This document shows positions 9,424 through 18,634 of a DNA stretch of 58,146 bases, one piece after another (position 1 is the first letter of the stretch; every line of letters starts with the position of its first letter). The notes under the pieces are model-generated. The model was not told where the DNA came from, did not search any database, and was given only the letters and a program-made list of their open reading frames with translations. Source of the DNA: an uncultured Acidobacteriota bacterium (GTDB taxonomy: Bacteria > Acidobacteriota > Vicinamibacteria > Fen-336 > JAGNNV01); contig CAZYEA010000002.1 in the NCBI GenBank assembly GCA_964646485.1, positions 1 to 58,146 on the forward strand. The letters are read 5' to 3'. The translations under genes and the position numbers were made by a program.

Positions 9424-10098
9424 TTAGGTCCCGCGGGTGACGCGGCCACCCTGGGAGACTCTGACCCAGCGCCTGAGGTTGGTTCGCCGATCAATGAGGC
9501 AGACCGCGGCATCGCCGGCCGCGGGAAGGTAGATGCGGTTGGTGGTGACGCTGCCCCCGGCGAGATTCACGGCCGGCGCGGGGGCCACTCCGGGTATCGT
9601 GGCGACGCCGTACCGATCGAAACGAATCGAGGCGCGACCGGGGGTGAATCCCGCGATGGGCGGACAATCAGCGGCATTGGCCGCGAACTCCACATCCTGC
9701 GGCAACTGATAGCGGGTGCTGATGAGGGCGTTCGGCGCCGCGAAGTCGACGGGCTGTCGAGTGAAGCCGACGTTGCCGGCGCTCACGCCCGCGACGGTGT
9801 CCTCGATATGAACCCAGTAGGTGGTGTTGTCCTGCGTGATGAAGTCGATCCCCATCTGGGTGTTCTTCATGATGGCGACGTTGCGCGCGCGCTGAATGGC
9901 GTTCGCGACGCCGTCCTGGCCGGATCGAATCCGGCTAGCCCGCATGTACCCGATCAGGTTCGGCAAACCCACCGAAGCGGTAAGGGCGATGATGCCGATC
10001 ACGACCATGAGTTCGATGAGCGTGAAGCCACGCGTTTTCTGGTCGAACCGCCGGTTGGCTTTCGTCATGCCGCTCTGTCTGTGCAAACTGTGTTCCAT
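9424..10098 (-). CDS. fimU: GspH/FimT/FimU-family minor pilin
   Basis: ..DQKTRG/FTLIELMVVIGIIALTASVGLPNLIGYMRASRIRSGQDGVANAIQRARNVAIMKN (GspH-type). The ATG at 10098 is preceded by GAGGGAG with 7-nt spacing. The alternative ATG at 10068 is also possible. First gene of the minor-pilin operon. Confidence 0.75.
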   Translation of the reverse strand: MEHSLHRQSGMTKANRRFDQKTRGFTLIELMVVIGIIALTASVGLPNLIGYMRASRIRSGQDGVANAIQRARNVAIMKNTQMGIDFITQDNTTYWVHIEDTVAGVSAGNVGFTRQPVDFAAPNALISTRYQLPQDVEFAANAADCPPIAGFTPGRASIRFDRYGVATIPGVAPAPAVNLAGGSVTTNRIYLPAAGDAAVCLIDRRTNLRRWVRVSQGGRVTRGT

Positions 10099-10147
10099 GG
10101 AGCATCTCCCTCTCGTAAGTTGAATACTAACAGCACGATGTTCCGGT

Positions 10148-11482
10148 CTATGGACCTGGAATGGAGGCCGCGCCGGAGCCGACTTCGTTACCGGAGGTAG
10201 CGCCCGTAGCACCTTTCGGCCATCGACAGACCGCGAGCGTTCCCCGTCCTTTGGGTCCGGGCGCCAGATCGAGGGTCCCGTGATGGAGCGCCAGGATCTT
10301 CAGGACGAGGGGCAGCCCGAGGCCGAGCCCTCCCGCCCGGGCCGACTCGAACGGCCGCAGCGCCTTCGATACATCGGGGATTCCCGGGCCTGCGTCCTCG
10401 ATGATGACGAAAGCATGGGTGGCATCCGCGCCAAAGCGAATGACCACGGGCTCGCCGGGCGGGGAGGCTTGACCCGCGTTGCGAACCACGTTTTCCACCG
10501 CTCGCTCGAGAAGGTCCTCATCGCCCCGCACCGGGGTGGCGACGCCCACGGTTTCGATCACGATCTGTTGATGCGCGCGTTCCCGCGAGGCCACCCGGTC
10601 CACGAGGCGGGAGAGATCGAAGGCTTCGTCCTGGACCTTCTCGGTGCGGATGAAGTCGAGGAAGCGGTTCATCACCTGCTGAAGGTTCCGGACTTCCTCG
10701 CCGATCGCGGACGCGGCCAGCCGGACTCTCTCCTCGCCGGATTTCTCCGCGAGCTTTGCCTGGGTCGCGATCGCGCCCATCGAGTTCCTCACTTCGTGGA
10801 CGATGCCCGCGGTCAGTTCGCCCGCGCGCGCCATGGTCTCGCGATCGCGCAGAACCGCGGTCAATTGGAGCTTCTCGCGATCGAAGGCGGCGAGGCGCTC
10901 ATCGTCGCGCAGGCGCAGGCGGACCATCGCCTCCTCGTAGGCGCGCAGGGCGGGCGAGGACGCCGCCTCGCTCGGATTCTCACGGCCAAGCGCCGCGAGA
11001 ATGAGGCCGGCGAGCGCGGCTAGGAGAATCAGGGTGTGCTGCCCGATCAGGATCTGATCGGTGGCCAGGCGGGACGCGTCGTTCGACGTCTCGGCAAGCC
11101 GTATGACGATCGGGCCACGGTCGGAACGCACGAGACCGAACACGCTCACCACGCGGTCGGCGAGCCGTGAGGAAACCACCAGGTCCCCCGCCTCCAGTCG
11201 GGTCATGGTTTCGCCGTCGAGCTCGGGCGCGTGCGGGTCCTCGATGCTGAGGCGATCGAAGGGCTCGATCCAGGGTGCGATCAGGACCTCGCCCGGGATT
11301 CCCCCACGAACCCTCGCCCAGTCGGCGACGCGGGGCATGAGGAGGGTGGCCCGATCGAAGGCGGCAGCGGCGCGCTGCGCCTGGTGTTCCCCGATGCCGC
11401 GAATCAGGAGCCCAAGCGACACCAGCTCGGCCGCCACCAGGAGGGCGGCGGCGAGGAGGAGGGTCAGCCGGGGTGTGCGCAC
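10148..11482 (-). CDS. sensor histidine kinase (two TM helices, periplasmic loop, HisKA + HATPase)
   Basis: TM1 LTLLLAAALLVAAELVSLGLLI and TM2 ILLAALAGLILAAL; H-box AGIVHEVRNSMGAIATQ; N-box VENVVRNAGQA; G-boxes IIEDAGPGI and GGLGLGLPLVLKILALHHG. Confidence 0.85.
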   Translation of the reverse strand: MRTPRLTLLLAAALLVAAELVSLGLLIRGIGEHQAQRAAAAFDRATLLMPRVADWARVRGGIPGEVLIAPWIEPFDRLSIEDPHAPELDGETMTRLEAGDLVVSSRLADRVVSVFGLVRSDRGPIVIRLAETSNDASRLATDQILIGQHTLILLAALAGLILAALGRENPSEAASSPALRAYEEAMVRLRLRDDERLAAFDREKLQLTAVLRDRETMARAGELTAGIVHEVRNSMGAIATQAKLAEKSGEERVRLAASAIGEEVRNLQQVMNRFLDFIRTEKVQDEAFDLSRLVDRVASRERAHQQIVIETVGVATPVRGDEDLLERAVENVVRNAGQASPPGEPVVIRFGADATHAFVIIEDAGPGIPDVSKALRPFESARAGGLGLGLPLVLKILALHHGTLDLAPGPKGRGTLAVCRWPKGATGATSGNEVGSGAASIPGP

Positions 11483-11488
11483 GATCGA

Positions 11489-12496
11489 TCAGAATCTGAA
11501 GAGGGACGCGTACCACTCGAGCACGGGATCGCCATAGAAAAGGACGAAGATGGCGGAGGCAGCGAGAAAGGTCCCGAAGGGAAGCTTGTACTTGCCGATG
11601 GAGACGGGATGGTCCTCCTCGTTCGCAGAGTGCGCCGTGGGGGCGTCCGGGTTCGGCGCCGACTCCGCGGGCGAACCAGCCTGTGGGTTTGAACCGGCGC
11701 CGGGTTCGGTCCCGGCCGATGGCCCGGGCGGAGGCGGGGAAACGGGGTCGGCGGGCGTGGGAGCCTCGGCATCCTCTGTGGGCGCCGCCACCGGAAGGGT
11801 CGCGGACTCGCGACGAAGCCGCACGGCCTGCACCAGACCGTAGGTCAGGCCGGAGAGGCTCGCGATGAAAACGGTCAGCATCAATCGCTGTGCCCCGAGA
11901 AAAGCGCCCATCATCGCGGCGAGCTTCCAGTCCCCCTGGCCAAGCCCCTCGATGCCCCGAAGGCGCGCGTAGCCCTCGGCGACCAGGAAGAAGGCTACAT
12001 ACCCGAAGGCGGCGGAGAGGCCCGCCTCCCTCCAATCGATGAGCGCGCCGGGCACGAGGCTTCCCGCAATCCCCACGAGGATGCCCGGAAGGGTGATCTC
12101 GTTCGGGAGAATCTGATGATCCCAGTCGATGAAGGCGAGAACCACGAGCGCGAAGAAGAAGAGCAGCAGCAAAAGCGTGAAGGGCAACGGGCCGAAGGTC
12201 CAGACGATGAGACCGAAGCCCAGGCCATGGAGAAGCTCCACCGCGGGGTAGCGAGGCGAGATCGGTTCACGGCACGAAGCGCAGCGGCCGCCGAGCCATA
12301 GCCAGGAGGCAACCGGGATGTTCTGCCAGGGCCGGATTGCGGCCCCGCATCGCGGACATCGTGAAGAGGGGAACACGATGGACTGATCGAGAGGCAAGCG
12401 ATGGATGACGACGTTGGCGAAGCTCCCGACGAGCAGACCGAACAGGGAGGCGACGAGGGTCGCGGCTACCGCCACGGGAATCAGGGAATCGGCCAT
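11489..12496 (-). CDS. pilD: prepilin peptidase / N-methyltransferase (A24 family)
   Basis: SFANVVIHRLP..SSRCPRCGAAIRPWQNIPVASWLWLGGRCASCREPISPRYPAVELL (Cys-rich methyltransferase region). Catalytic Asp motifs FIDWDHQILP and GQGDWKLAAMMG. Contains an unusual Pro/Ala-rich insert before the last TM helix. Confidence 0.9.
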   Translation of the reverse strand: MADSLIPVAVAATLVASLFGLLVGSFANVVIHRLPLDQSIVFPSSRCPRCGAAIRPWQNIPVASWLWLGGRCASCREPISPRYPAVELLHGLGFGLIVWTFGPLPFTLLLLLFFFALVVLAFIDWDHQILPNEITLPGILVGIAGSLVPGALIDWREAGLSAAFGYVAFFLVAEGYARLRGIEGLGQGDWKLAAMMGAFLGAQRLMLTVFIASLSGLTYGLVQAVRLRRESATLPVAAPTEDAEAPTPADPVSPPPPGPSAGTEPGAGSNPQAGSPAESAPNPDAPTAHSANEEDHPVSIGKYKLPFGTFLAASAIFVLFYGDPVLEWYASLFRF

Positions 12497-12560
12497 CGGT
12501 AGCCGAAGAGCTTAGCTTCAGGTTGACCTTCCCTCCCGGATACTCGAAGCTCGGCCTCCC

Positions 12561-13424
12561 ATGTTGAGCACTGCTAACAAGGTCCTGATCGCCAGGATGT
12601 TGTACCGGGCCGTTCACCTCCTGCGGCGTCCCTTCGGGGGCAAGGATCAGGTGACGCTCCGCCGGGCAGGCCTGATGTGGAACCTGGACCTGCGCGAGGG
12701 AATCGACCTCACCATTTATCTCACCGGAGCGTTCGAGCGGGACACCCTGCGGGCGCTCGAAGCCCGGGTGGTTGAAGGAGCCGTCGTCCTCGATGTGGGA
12801 GCGAATGTCGGAGCCCACACCCTCCACCTCGCGCGGCTGGTCGGCGACAAGGGCCGGGTCATCGCCTTCGAGCCCACGGACTATGCGGTGGCTAAGCTCC
12901 GCGCGAACCTGAGGGCGAATCCGACGCTCGAATCGCGGGTCGAGGTTCACCAGGTCTTCCTGGTTGCCACCGAGGACACGGCCATGGTTTCCGCGCTCGC
13001 CTCGAGCTGGCCTGTGGACGGAACCCCGCCCGATGACGCGCAGATGTGCAGCCGGTCGATGAGTGTCACAGGCGCCGCCGCACGGACTCTGGATTCGATG
13101 ATGGCCGCCGCTGGAGATCCGGAAGTCACGCTGATCAAGATGGATGTCGATGGTCATGAACTCGAGGTTCTCGAGGGGGCGCAATCATTGCTCGCGAGGC
13201 GCCGGCCTATCATCGTCATGGAACTGGCCCCGTATGTGTTTCATCCTCCCGAGAAGTTCGATCTGATGGTGAACTTTCTCGTCCGCGCGGACTACTCGTT
13301 CCGGCAGTTGGGATCGAGGGCTCTCCTGCCGAGCGATCCCCTCTCGCTAAGGAGGCTCATTCCCGCCGAGGGTTCGGTGAATGTGGTGGCCTTTCCGCTG
13401 GGCCGGGATCAGGGCGCGGTCTAG
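12561..13424 (+). CDS. FkbM-family SAM-dependent methyltransferase
   Basis: VVLDVGANVGAHTLHLARLVG..VIAFEPTDYAVAKLRANL..TLIKMDVDGHELEVLEGAQSLL, the typical FkbM pattern. Confidence 0.8.
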   Translation: MLSTANKVLIARMLYRAVHLLRRPFGGKDQVTLRRAGLMWNLDLREGIDLTIYLTGAFERDTLRALEARVVEGAVVLDVGANVGAHTLHLARLVGDKGRVIAFEPTDYAVAKLRANLRANPTLESRVEVHQVFLVATEDTAMVSALASSWPVDGTPPDDAQMCSRSMSVTGAAARTLDSMMAAAGDPEVTLIKMDVDGHELEVLEGAQSLLARRRPIIVMELAPYVFHPPEKFDLMVNFLVRADYSFRQLGSRALLPSDPLSLRRLIPAEGSVNVVAFPLGRDQGAV

Positions 13425-13433
13425 GCTGCTTCC

Positions 13434-15587
13434 ATGACTCCGCCCGTGCGCACCGACGAGCGAACCCCTCTCTTTCCCATCGCGCTGCTGTGCCTCGCCG
13501 TTTCCGCGCTGTATGTGCTGTCCATGCTTTCCGTCACGGACAGCCATTTCGTGCCTCAGGTGTCCGATCTGTATCTCATCGCTCAGTATGCGAAGGGGTT
13601 CGCGGAGGGGTATCCATTCCAATACAACCCGGGCGACGCCCCAACCAGCGGCGCCACCAGCCTTCTCCACACCCTCTTCCTGGCCGCCGCCCACTTCGTC
13701 GGGTTCCGGGGGGAGGGCCTCATCGCCTTCGCCATTCTTTCCGGGGCCGGTTTCGGTTTCCTGACCGCGGTGGAGGCCTATCGGGCGGGCCGGATCCTCT
13801 CGGACTCTTCCCGCGTGGCCTTGCTTGGAACCGCGCTGGTGGTCCTGAACGGACCCCTGGCCTGGTCGTTTCACTATGGAGCGGACATAGCCCTCGTCCT
13901 TTTCCTCTCGGCGTGGCTGTTTCGAGCATGGCTTCAAGACGCCCGGACCGAGGGACGTCCCGAGACGAGCTTCGTCCTTCCCGCGTGTCTGCTCGCCCTG
14001 ACCCGACCCGAGGCCCTCGGCCTGGTTTCGATACTCGCGGCGTGGAGCCTGTGGGACGAGCGGGGGCGGAGAGGGCGGTGGGGAGCGCGGGCCCTCTGGT
14101 TTGCGCCACCCTTGACCGGGGTCATCCTGTCCCTGTGTCTTCGAGAGTTCACCGGCTCGGCTGCGAACACGTCCTTTTCCCGGAAGCTCCTTTCTGAAAA
14201 CTGGGGCCTCTTCGGAGCGGCGGTGTTCTCGCTCGAATATTGGACCGATATTCTCCGCGGTGTTCTTCTGGGCTTCTACCCAGCCTCGCAGCGCCTGGGC
14301 TTCGGCAGCGGCAACGCGCCTTATTTCGCTGCTCCCTTTCTGCTCGTCTTCGTGTTTCTTGCCCTCCTTCGGCCGTCCATGGAAATGCGACGGGCCGGGG
14401 CGTTCCTGTTCGCCGGTTTGTGCACCGCGGTCCTGGTGACTCCCACGGTCCATCTGGGGGTGCACTCCAACCGCTACCTGCTGTTCGCCCTTCCCCCGCT
14501 TCTGGTGCTCTCGGCTCTCGGCCTCGAGCAGGTCGCAGGTTGGATGGAATCCGCCTTCGGGCTGTCCCGGGGGGTGGCGTGGCGGCGTCTGAGTGTGCTG
14601 GCCCTGGTCTTCGCCGGCCTCAGCGTGCTTCGCTTCGCTTTGGTGTATGCGGACGCGGCCTCTTCGATCTATCGACGGGACGAGGCGCTGTTCACCTTCA
14701 TCAGAACGCGGCTGCCCGAGACGGCCACCTTCCTGAGCAACGGAACCGCGATCGAATATCGCACGGAACGACGCGCCGTCAACGTCAGCGGCGTGATCAC
14801 CCCCGACTTCGCCGAGATCCTTCCCGCCGAAACCGAGCCCGCGGCGTTTGAGCTGCTCAGTCGTCCCACCTTCGGACCCTTGCCCCCATACCTCATCGCC
14901 CTCGATTCCTACGTGGCCGGGTCGCCTGGCTGGAACGCAATCATCGGAGGCCCACCGGTGTTCGTGACCTCAAGTCTTGAGGACTCCGAATTCGCGGTCT
15001 ACCCGACCCGGAGCGATCTGATCGGGAGGCAGCGGGCCCCTCTGCGAATCGAGTTGCCACCAGGGCTCGATATGGTCGATTCGATCAACGTCGCCGATCC
15101 CCTCGATGAGAAGGGTCATGGCTACCGGTGGAATTCCACGGTGGGCACCCGCAGCCTGTTCGCGACGCTCAAGGTGGACCGATACCTCGGTTCCGCCCGG
15201 GGCGCCGGAACGGAAGTTGCGGATGGAGGGCGGCTCGTGATGGGGTCCGAGGAGATGAGCGTAAGGAGCCCACGAAGCGACGTCGATCTCTGGCTGGTGG
15301 TCCGCACCCACGGAGAGCCTTCCGCTCGAGTTCGCCATCCGGACGGGGATCGCCGCCTCGACGTCGCTCTGCCCGAGAGCGTGATGCGCTTCTCCACTCC
15401 CCGGGGCAAGACAGATTGGATTCGCACACGCCTCGAGCCCGGCTGGAACGAAATCGCGTACCGGCTTCCCGCACCGCTGCTCGATGGGACGGCCACCCGA
15501 GTGCGGATAGAAGGGCGATACGCCGCCTATTCCTATTTCGTCTACCAGGCGAAGGAAGCCGCTACAGGAGCCCCATCGCCCAGGTGA
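13434..15587 (+). CDS. polytopic membrane protein (about 12 TM helices) with a roughly 300-aa C-terminal soluble domain; GT-C-like architecture
   Basis: Continuous hydrophobic helices over roughly the first 400 aa. The first extracytoplasmic loop is acidic and aromatic (SVTDSHFVPQVSDLYLIAQYAKGFAEGYPFQYNPGD), as in GT-C enzymes. The C-terminal non-membrane domain ends RVRIEGRYAAYSYFVYQ. The function is inferred from architecture only. Confidence 0.55.
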   Translation: MTPPVRTDERTPLFPIALLCLAVSALYVLSMLSVTDSHFVPQVSDLYLIAQYAKGFAEGYPFQYNPGDAPTSGATSLLHTLFLAAAHFVGFRGEGLIAFAILSGAGFGFLTAVEAYRAGRILSDSSRVALLGTALVVLNGPLAWSFHYGADIALVLFLSAWLFRAWLQDARTEGRPETSFVLPACLLALTRPEALGLVSILAAWSLWDERGRRGRWGARALWFAPPLTGVILSLCLREFTGSAANTSFSRKLLSENWGLFGAAVFSLEYWTDILRGVLLGFYPASQRLGFGSGNAPYFAAPFLLVFVFLALLRPSMEMRRAGAFLFAGLCTAVLVTPTVHLGVHSNRYLLFALPPLLVLSALGLEQVAGWMESAFGLSRGVAWRRLSVLALVFAGLSVLRFALVYADAASSIYRRDEALFTFIRTRLPETATFLSNGTAIEYRTERRAVNVSGVITPDFAEILPAETEPAAFELLSRPTFGPLPPYLIALDSYVAGSPGWNAIIGGPPVFVTSSLEDSEFAVYPTRSDLIGRQRAPLRIELPPGLDMVDSINVADPLDEKGHGYRWNSTVGTRSLFATLKVDRYLGSARGAGTEVADGGRLVMGSEEMSVRSPRSDVDLWLVVRTHGEPSARVRHPDGDRRLDVALPESVMRFSTPRGKTDWIRTRLEPGWNEIAYRLPAPLLDGTATRVRIEGRYAAYSYFVYQAKEAATGAPSPR

Positions 15588-17010
15588 GGCCGAGGCTGTA
15601 GGCCAGAACCGAGGCGGCGAGAGCGAATCGAACGGGCTTCGGAAGCAGATCGAGTCCGTAGAAGCCGAACGCCACCAGAAAAGGGATCTTCACCGCGTAG
15701 TAGTAGAAGTCCAGGTAAGAGAGCGCGTGTGCCAGGACGATGGCTCCGAACAGGGTCAGGGGTGCGGCGAGAAAGGGATCCTTGCGGCGGACACCGAGGA
15801 CAAGTCCGACCAGGCCAACGATCAGGAGCGCGTCGTGCAGTGCCTGAAAAGCGTGGGCTTCCGGGCCACGGACCAGATTGATCCCGCTCCCCCCCGCGAT
15901 CCAGCGAGGGTCGAAGGGCGCGCGGGTCTGGACCTTCACGAAGGCGGTGAGGATCACGGCATTGATCCGAGTGACGAGACTCGTGGCGGCGGTGAAGAGG
16001 TTCAGGGCGTAGATATGGGGCCGAGCGATCACGTTTTCGAGGGACGCGGCCCGGGCGGCGTCCTCGAGCTTCAGCACGTTTCGGGCGTACGTCTCCGTGG
16101 TGATTACGGACTCTCCGGTGACCCGGCGATACAGCGGCAGATAGTGGTGCCGGGCCACGACGTTCCACTCGTAGACATCGGGATTCCTCACCATCACCGC
16201 GCTGGTGCTGGCGAAGGCGGCGGACCAGCCCTGGGCATGCACGGGAATGAGCCGCCCCGTCACCGCGAAATTGCGCGCCGTCCAGGGCGCAAGCAGCAAA
16301 GCGAAGCCGAGAACAAGGGCCAGGTAGCCGGCCCGGGCCTCGCCACCCTTGAGGCGGAGCAGGAAGACGGCGACCAGCAGGGCCGGGGCGATGAGGGTGA
16401 CCGGACGCACGAGGACGCCCGCCGCGAGCAGCAGGCCGGCCAGGAAGAAGATGGGCCGCGCCCCCGCAACGGGCCGCTCGAAGGCCACCTCCATGATGAG
16501 CAGGAAGGCGAGGAGAAAGACCCAGAACAGGATGTCGTAGTGGACGAGGGTCGCGACGTAGAGAGAGTACGGTGTCTCGGCGAGGACGATCTCACCCGCG
16601 AAGGCCATCGAATGGCCGAGCCTCAGGGACAACCAGAGAAAGAACAGGAAGGCGCTCAGGCCCAGGAGGAACGACTGGGTGAGGAGGACGGCTTCCGAAC
16701 CGCGGGCGTTGACCACCGCCTCAGGTGCGGTCGCTGGATCGGCGGCGAGTTTGAGGATGACCGCCACGAGAGCGGGAAAACCGGGCGCCCGGTAGACGAG
16801 AGGTTCCTCCCCGAACCCGAGCACGCCGTGCGAGGCAAGGTTCGCTCCCAGAGTGAACCAGTCGCCGTCAACACTTCCTCCCGCGAACCTCAGCGGAATC
16901 GCCCGGCCGGAGAGCGAAACCGCCAGCACCGCGCCGAACACAAGAAGGCCCAGCCAAATGCCGACCGATCCGAGTCCCCCCCGGGCTCCGCCGGGCTTGG
17001 AGCCTGGCAC
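15562..17010 (-). CDS. GT39/ArnT/PMT-like (GT-C) membrane glycosyltransferase-like protein
   Basis: N-terminal TM helix then loop GGSVDGDWFTLGANLASHGVLGFGEEPLVYRAPGFPALVAVILKL, resembling the ArnT/PMT_2 first-loop motif. About 11 more TM helices follow. GTG start at 17010 overlaps the upstream TAG by 1 nt. Confidence 0.6.
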   Translation of the reverse strand: MPGSKPGGARGGLGSVGIWLGLLVFGAVLAVSLSGRAIPLRFAGGSVDGDWFTLGANLASHGVLGFGEEPLVYRAPGFPALVAVILKLAADPATAPEAVVNARGSEAVLLTQSFLLGLSAFLFFLWLSLRLGHSMAFAGEIVLAETPYSLYVATLVHYDILFWVFLLAFLLIMEVAFERPVAGARPIFFLAGLLLAAGVLVRPVTLIAPALLVAVFLLRLKGGEARAGYLALVLGFALLLAPWTARNFAVTGRLIPVHAQGWSAAFASTSAVMVRNPDVYEWNVVARHHYLPLYRRVTGESVITTETYARNVLKLEDAARAASLENVIARPHIYALNLFTAATSLVTRINAVILTAFVKVQTRAPFDPRWIAGGSGINLVRGPEAHAFQALHDALLIVGLVGLVLGVRRKDPFLAAPLTLFGAIVLAHALSYLDFYYYAVKIPFLVAFGFYGLDLLPKPVRFALAASVLAYSLGLTWAMGLL

Positions 17011-17861
17011 TAACGTCGCCAGTAGGGCGAGTGCCGAGCCAGCCTCACCAATCCAAGATTGGGTTCGAACTCGAAGGGGATCCCGGCCTGGTCCACGGAG
17101 GCTTCCACAACTCCCGCCGCTCTCAGCTGCTGGAGAGATGAACCGTGGTCTCCGGTGCGGGCCTGGTAGGCCTGAACCTGCTCCTGCACCCGCTTCGCAA
17201 CCATGCGGTTCTTGACCACGGCAATCATGGTCGCGGCGTTGTCCTTGATGAGCCCTGGTTCCGACTGCTCAAAAATGACCGTCCACATGCTCAAGGAGGC
17301 CTCCAGCTCCCCGCCATTGACGAGGATCTGGGCGGCCAGCGCCCGCATCCAGAAGGGCGCTCCGGGAATGGAAGCTGCGGTCGACAAGATCTCCGCGCCG
17401 CCTCTGGGATCGTTGCGGTAGAAGAAGGTGAACAGGCCCTGTTCTTCACGCAAGCGCCAGTTCGCCGGGTTGCGATCGGCGCCCAGCTTCAGGAGTGCCA
17501 CTCCTTTGGCCGGAGCGCCGGCGCCTATCGGATTGGGTTCGGACAGGAAGACCGCGCCGTATCGATAGACCATCTCGAATCGAGGATCGAGCACGGCCGC
17601 AGTCTCGAGAAGGGGAAGCAGATCCGCGTACGAGTCGGGGGCTCCGGCCAGCCGCTGACGCCCGTAGTACTGCACGGCCCGGAGCCAGTAGATGTCGGCC
17701 AATACGTCGGAGAAACCGAGGCTAAAGGCCCGAACCACCGGGCCGGTCCACACGCTGGACACATCCGGCTCAGGCCCCATGGCCGTCCTGGTTCGGTCCA
17801 CGCGATTCTGAAGGGAGGGAACCAGGAGGGCGGCGACCAGGAAGGCAGCGAGGGACTTCAC
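17010..17861 (-). CDS. exported helical-repeat protein of unknown function, coupled to the ABC-2 permease
   Basis: The GTG at 17861 overlaps the permease TGA (GTGA). Signal-like VKSLAAFLVAALLVPSLQN; helical repeat-like body (FSDVLADIYWLRAVQYYG.., AAVLDPRFEMVYRYGAVFL.., ALLKLGADRNPANWRL..). The 5' part of track ORF 17010..18254 overlaps the permease and was rejected. Confidence 0.6.
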   Translation of the reverse strand: MKSLAAFLVAALLVPSLQNRVDRTRTAMGPEPDVSSVWTGPVVRAFSLGFSDVLADIYWLRAVQYYGRQRLAGAPDSYADLLPLLETAAVLDPRFEMVYRYGAVFLSEPNPIGAGAPAKGVALLKLGADRNPANWRLREEQGLFTFFYRNDPRGGAEILSTAASIPGAPFWMRALAAQILVNGGELEASLSMWTVIFEQSEPGLIKDNAATMIAVVKNRMVAKRVQEQVQAYQARTGDHGSSLQQLRAAGVVEASVDQAGIPFEFEPNLGLVRLARHSPYWRR

Positions 17862-18634
17862 TTCAGATCGCGCCTCTTGAAGGCGAGGGTGGCGAGGGCC
17901 AGGAGCGCCCCCGTATAGGCGGCTGCGTACAGGGAGATTTCGAAAAGCAAGGTCGCGGGGATGGTATCGGCGTAAACGGCGCGCGTCTTCAGATCGAAAT
18001 CCTGCAGATTGGGCACCACGTAATAGACCGCCGTGCCCAGCCACTCCGGGAAGTCCTTGAGGATCACCGATGCGTTCTTGAGCACATCGGACATGCGGCC
18101 CAACACGCAGAGCACGGTTGAACCCATGAGGGCAAGCGCGCGCGATGAGGTGGTGGAGAGAAACGCGGCGATTGCGCCAGTAAGAGCTAGCTGAAGAAGG
18201 ATCGCGTAAACCGCCTTCGCCAGGGCGAGGGTGAAGGACCCATTCGCCACCCACAGGGCCACGGCCAGGCCGAGGGTCATGAGCGCGACGCTGGTCGTGA
18301 TGGTGGAGCAGAGCCCCAGGTACCGCCCCACGATGAACTCACTGCGGGTCAGGGGCTTCACCAGCAGGAGATGAAGCGTGCGCTTCTCCACGTCGCGGCT
18401 GATGAGGTCGGAGCCCAGGAAGAGAGCAATGAGGGTGCCGAAGAACTCGGTCGCGGCGAGACCGATGTCCATGAGAATCTTCAAGTCCTGATGAACTGAA
18501 ATGTCCTTCAGGATCAGGGCGGAAGCCATCAGCACGAAGGCGAAGAACAGCAGACCCAGGAACAGGCGCTGCCTTACCGATTCGAGGTGGGTGTTGTAGG
18601 CCACCGCCCACAGTCGGCGCCCGACCGGTGGCAT
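17858..18634 (-). CDS. ABC-2 type transporter permease
   Basis: MPPVGRRLWAVAYNTHLESVRQRLFLGLLFFAFVLMASAL..GSDLISRDVEKRTLHLLLVKPLTRSEFIVGRYLG (characteristic ABC-2 motif), six hydrophobic helices. The ATG at 18634 overlaps the ATPase TGA by 1 nt. Confidence 0.8.
   Translation of the reverse strand: MPPVGRRLWAVAYNTHLESVRQRLFLGLLFFAFVLMASALILKDISVHQDLKILMDIGLAATEFFGTLIALFLGSDLISRDVEKRTLHLLLVKPLTRSEFIVGRYLGLCSTITTSVALMTLGLAVALWVANGSFTLALAKAVYAILLQLALTGAIAAFLSTTSSRALALMGSTVLCVLGRMSDVLKNASVILKDFPEWLGTAVYYVVPNLQDFDLKTRAVYADTIPATLLFEISLYAAAYTGALLALATLAFKRRDLK

Noticed and set aside
10207-10222. TGGCCG-AAAGG-TGCTA upstream of the fimU operon, considered as a sigma54 promoter for the second regulator.
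   Set aside because: The GG to GC spacing is one nucleotide too short, and the site is inside the 3' end of the kinase gene. It does not meet the strict spacing requirement.
17062-17069. GGTTCGAA, a T-loop-like tRNA motif.
   Set aside because: It sits within a well-supported CDS. No flanking acceptor, D or anticodon stems could be folded by eye. I judged it a chance match.
17485-17500. Second sigma54-like element TGGCAC-TCCTG-AAGCT on the minus strand, with correct GG/GC spacing.
   Set aside because: It lies inside the coding region of the exported protein, about 480 nt from the next start. The -12 region is poor (AAGC). A GC dinucleotide at a fixed offset is expected fairly often by chance at this GC content.
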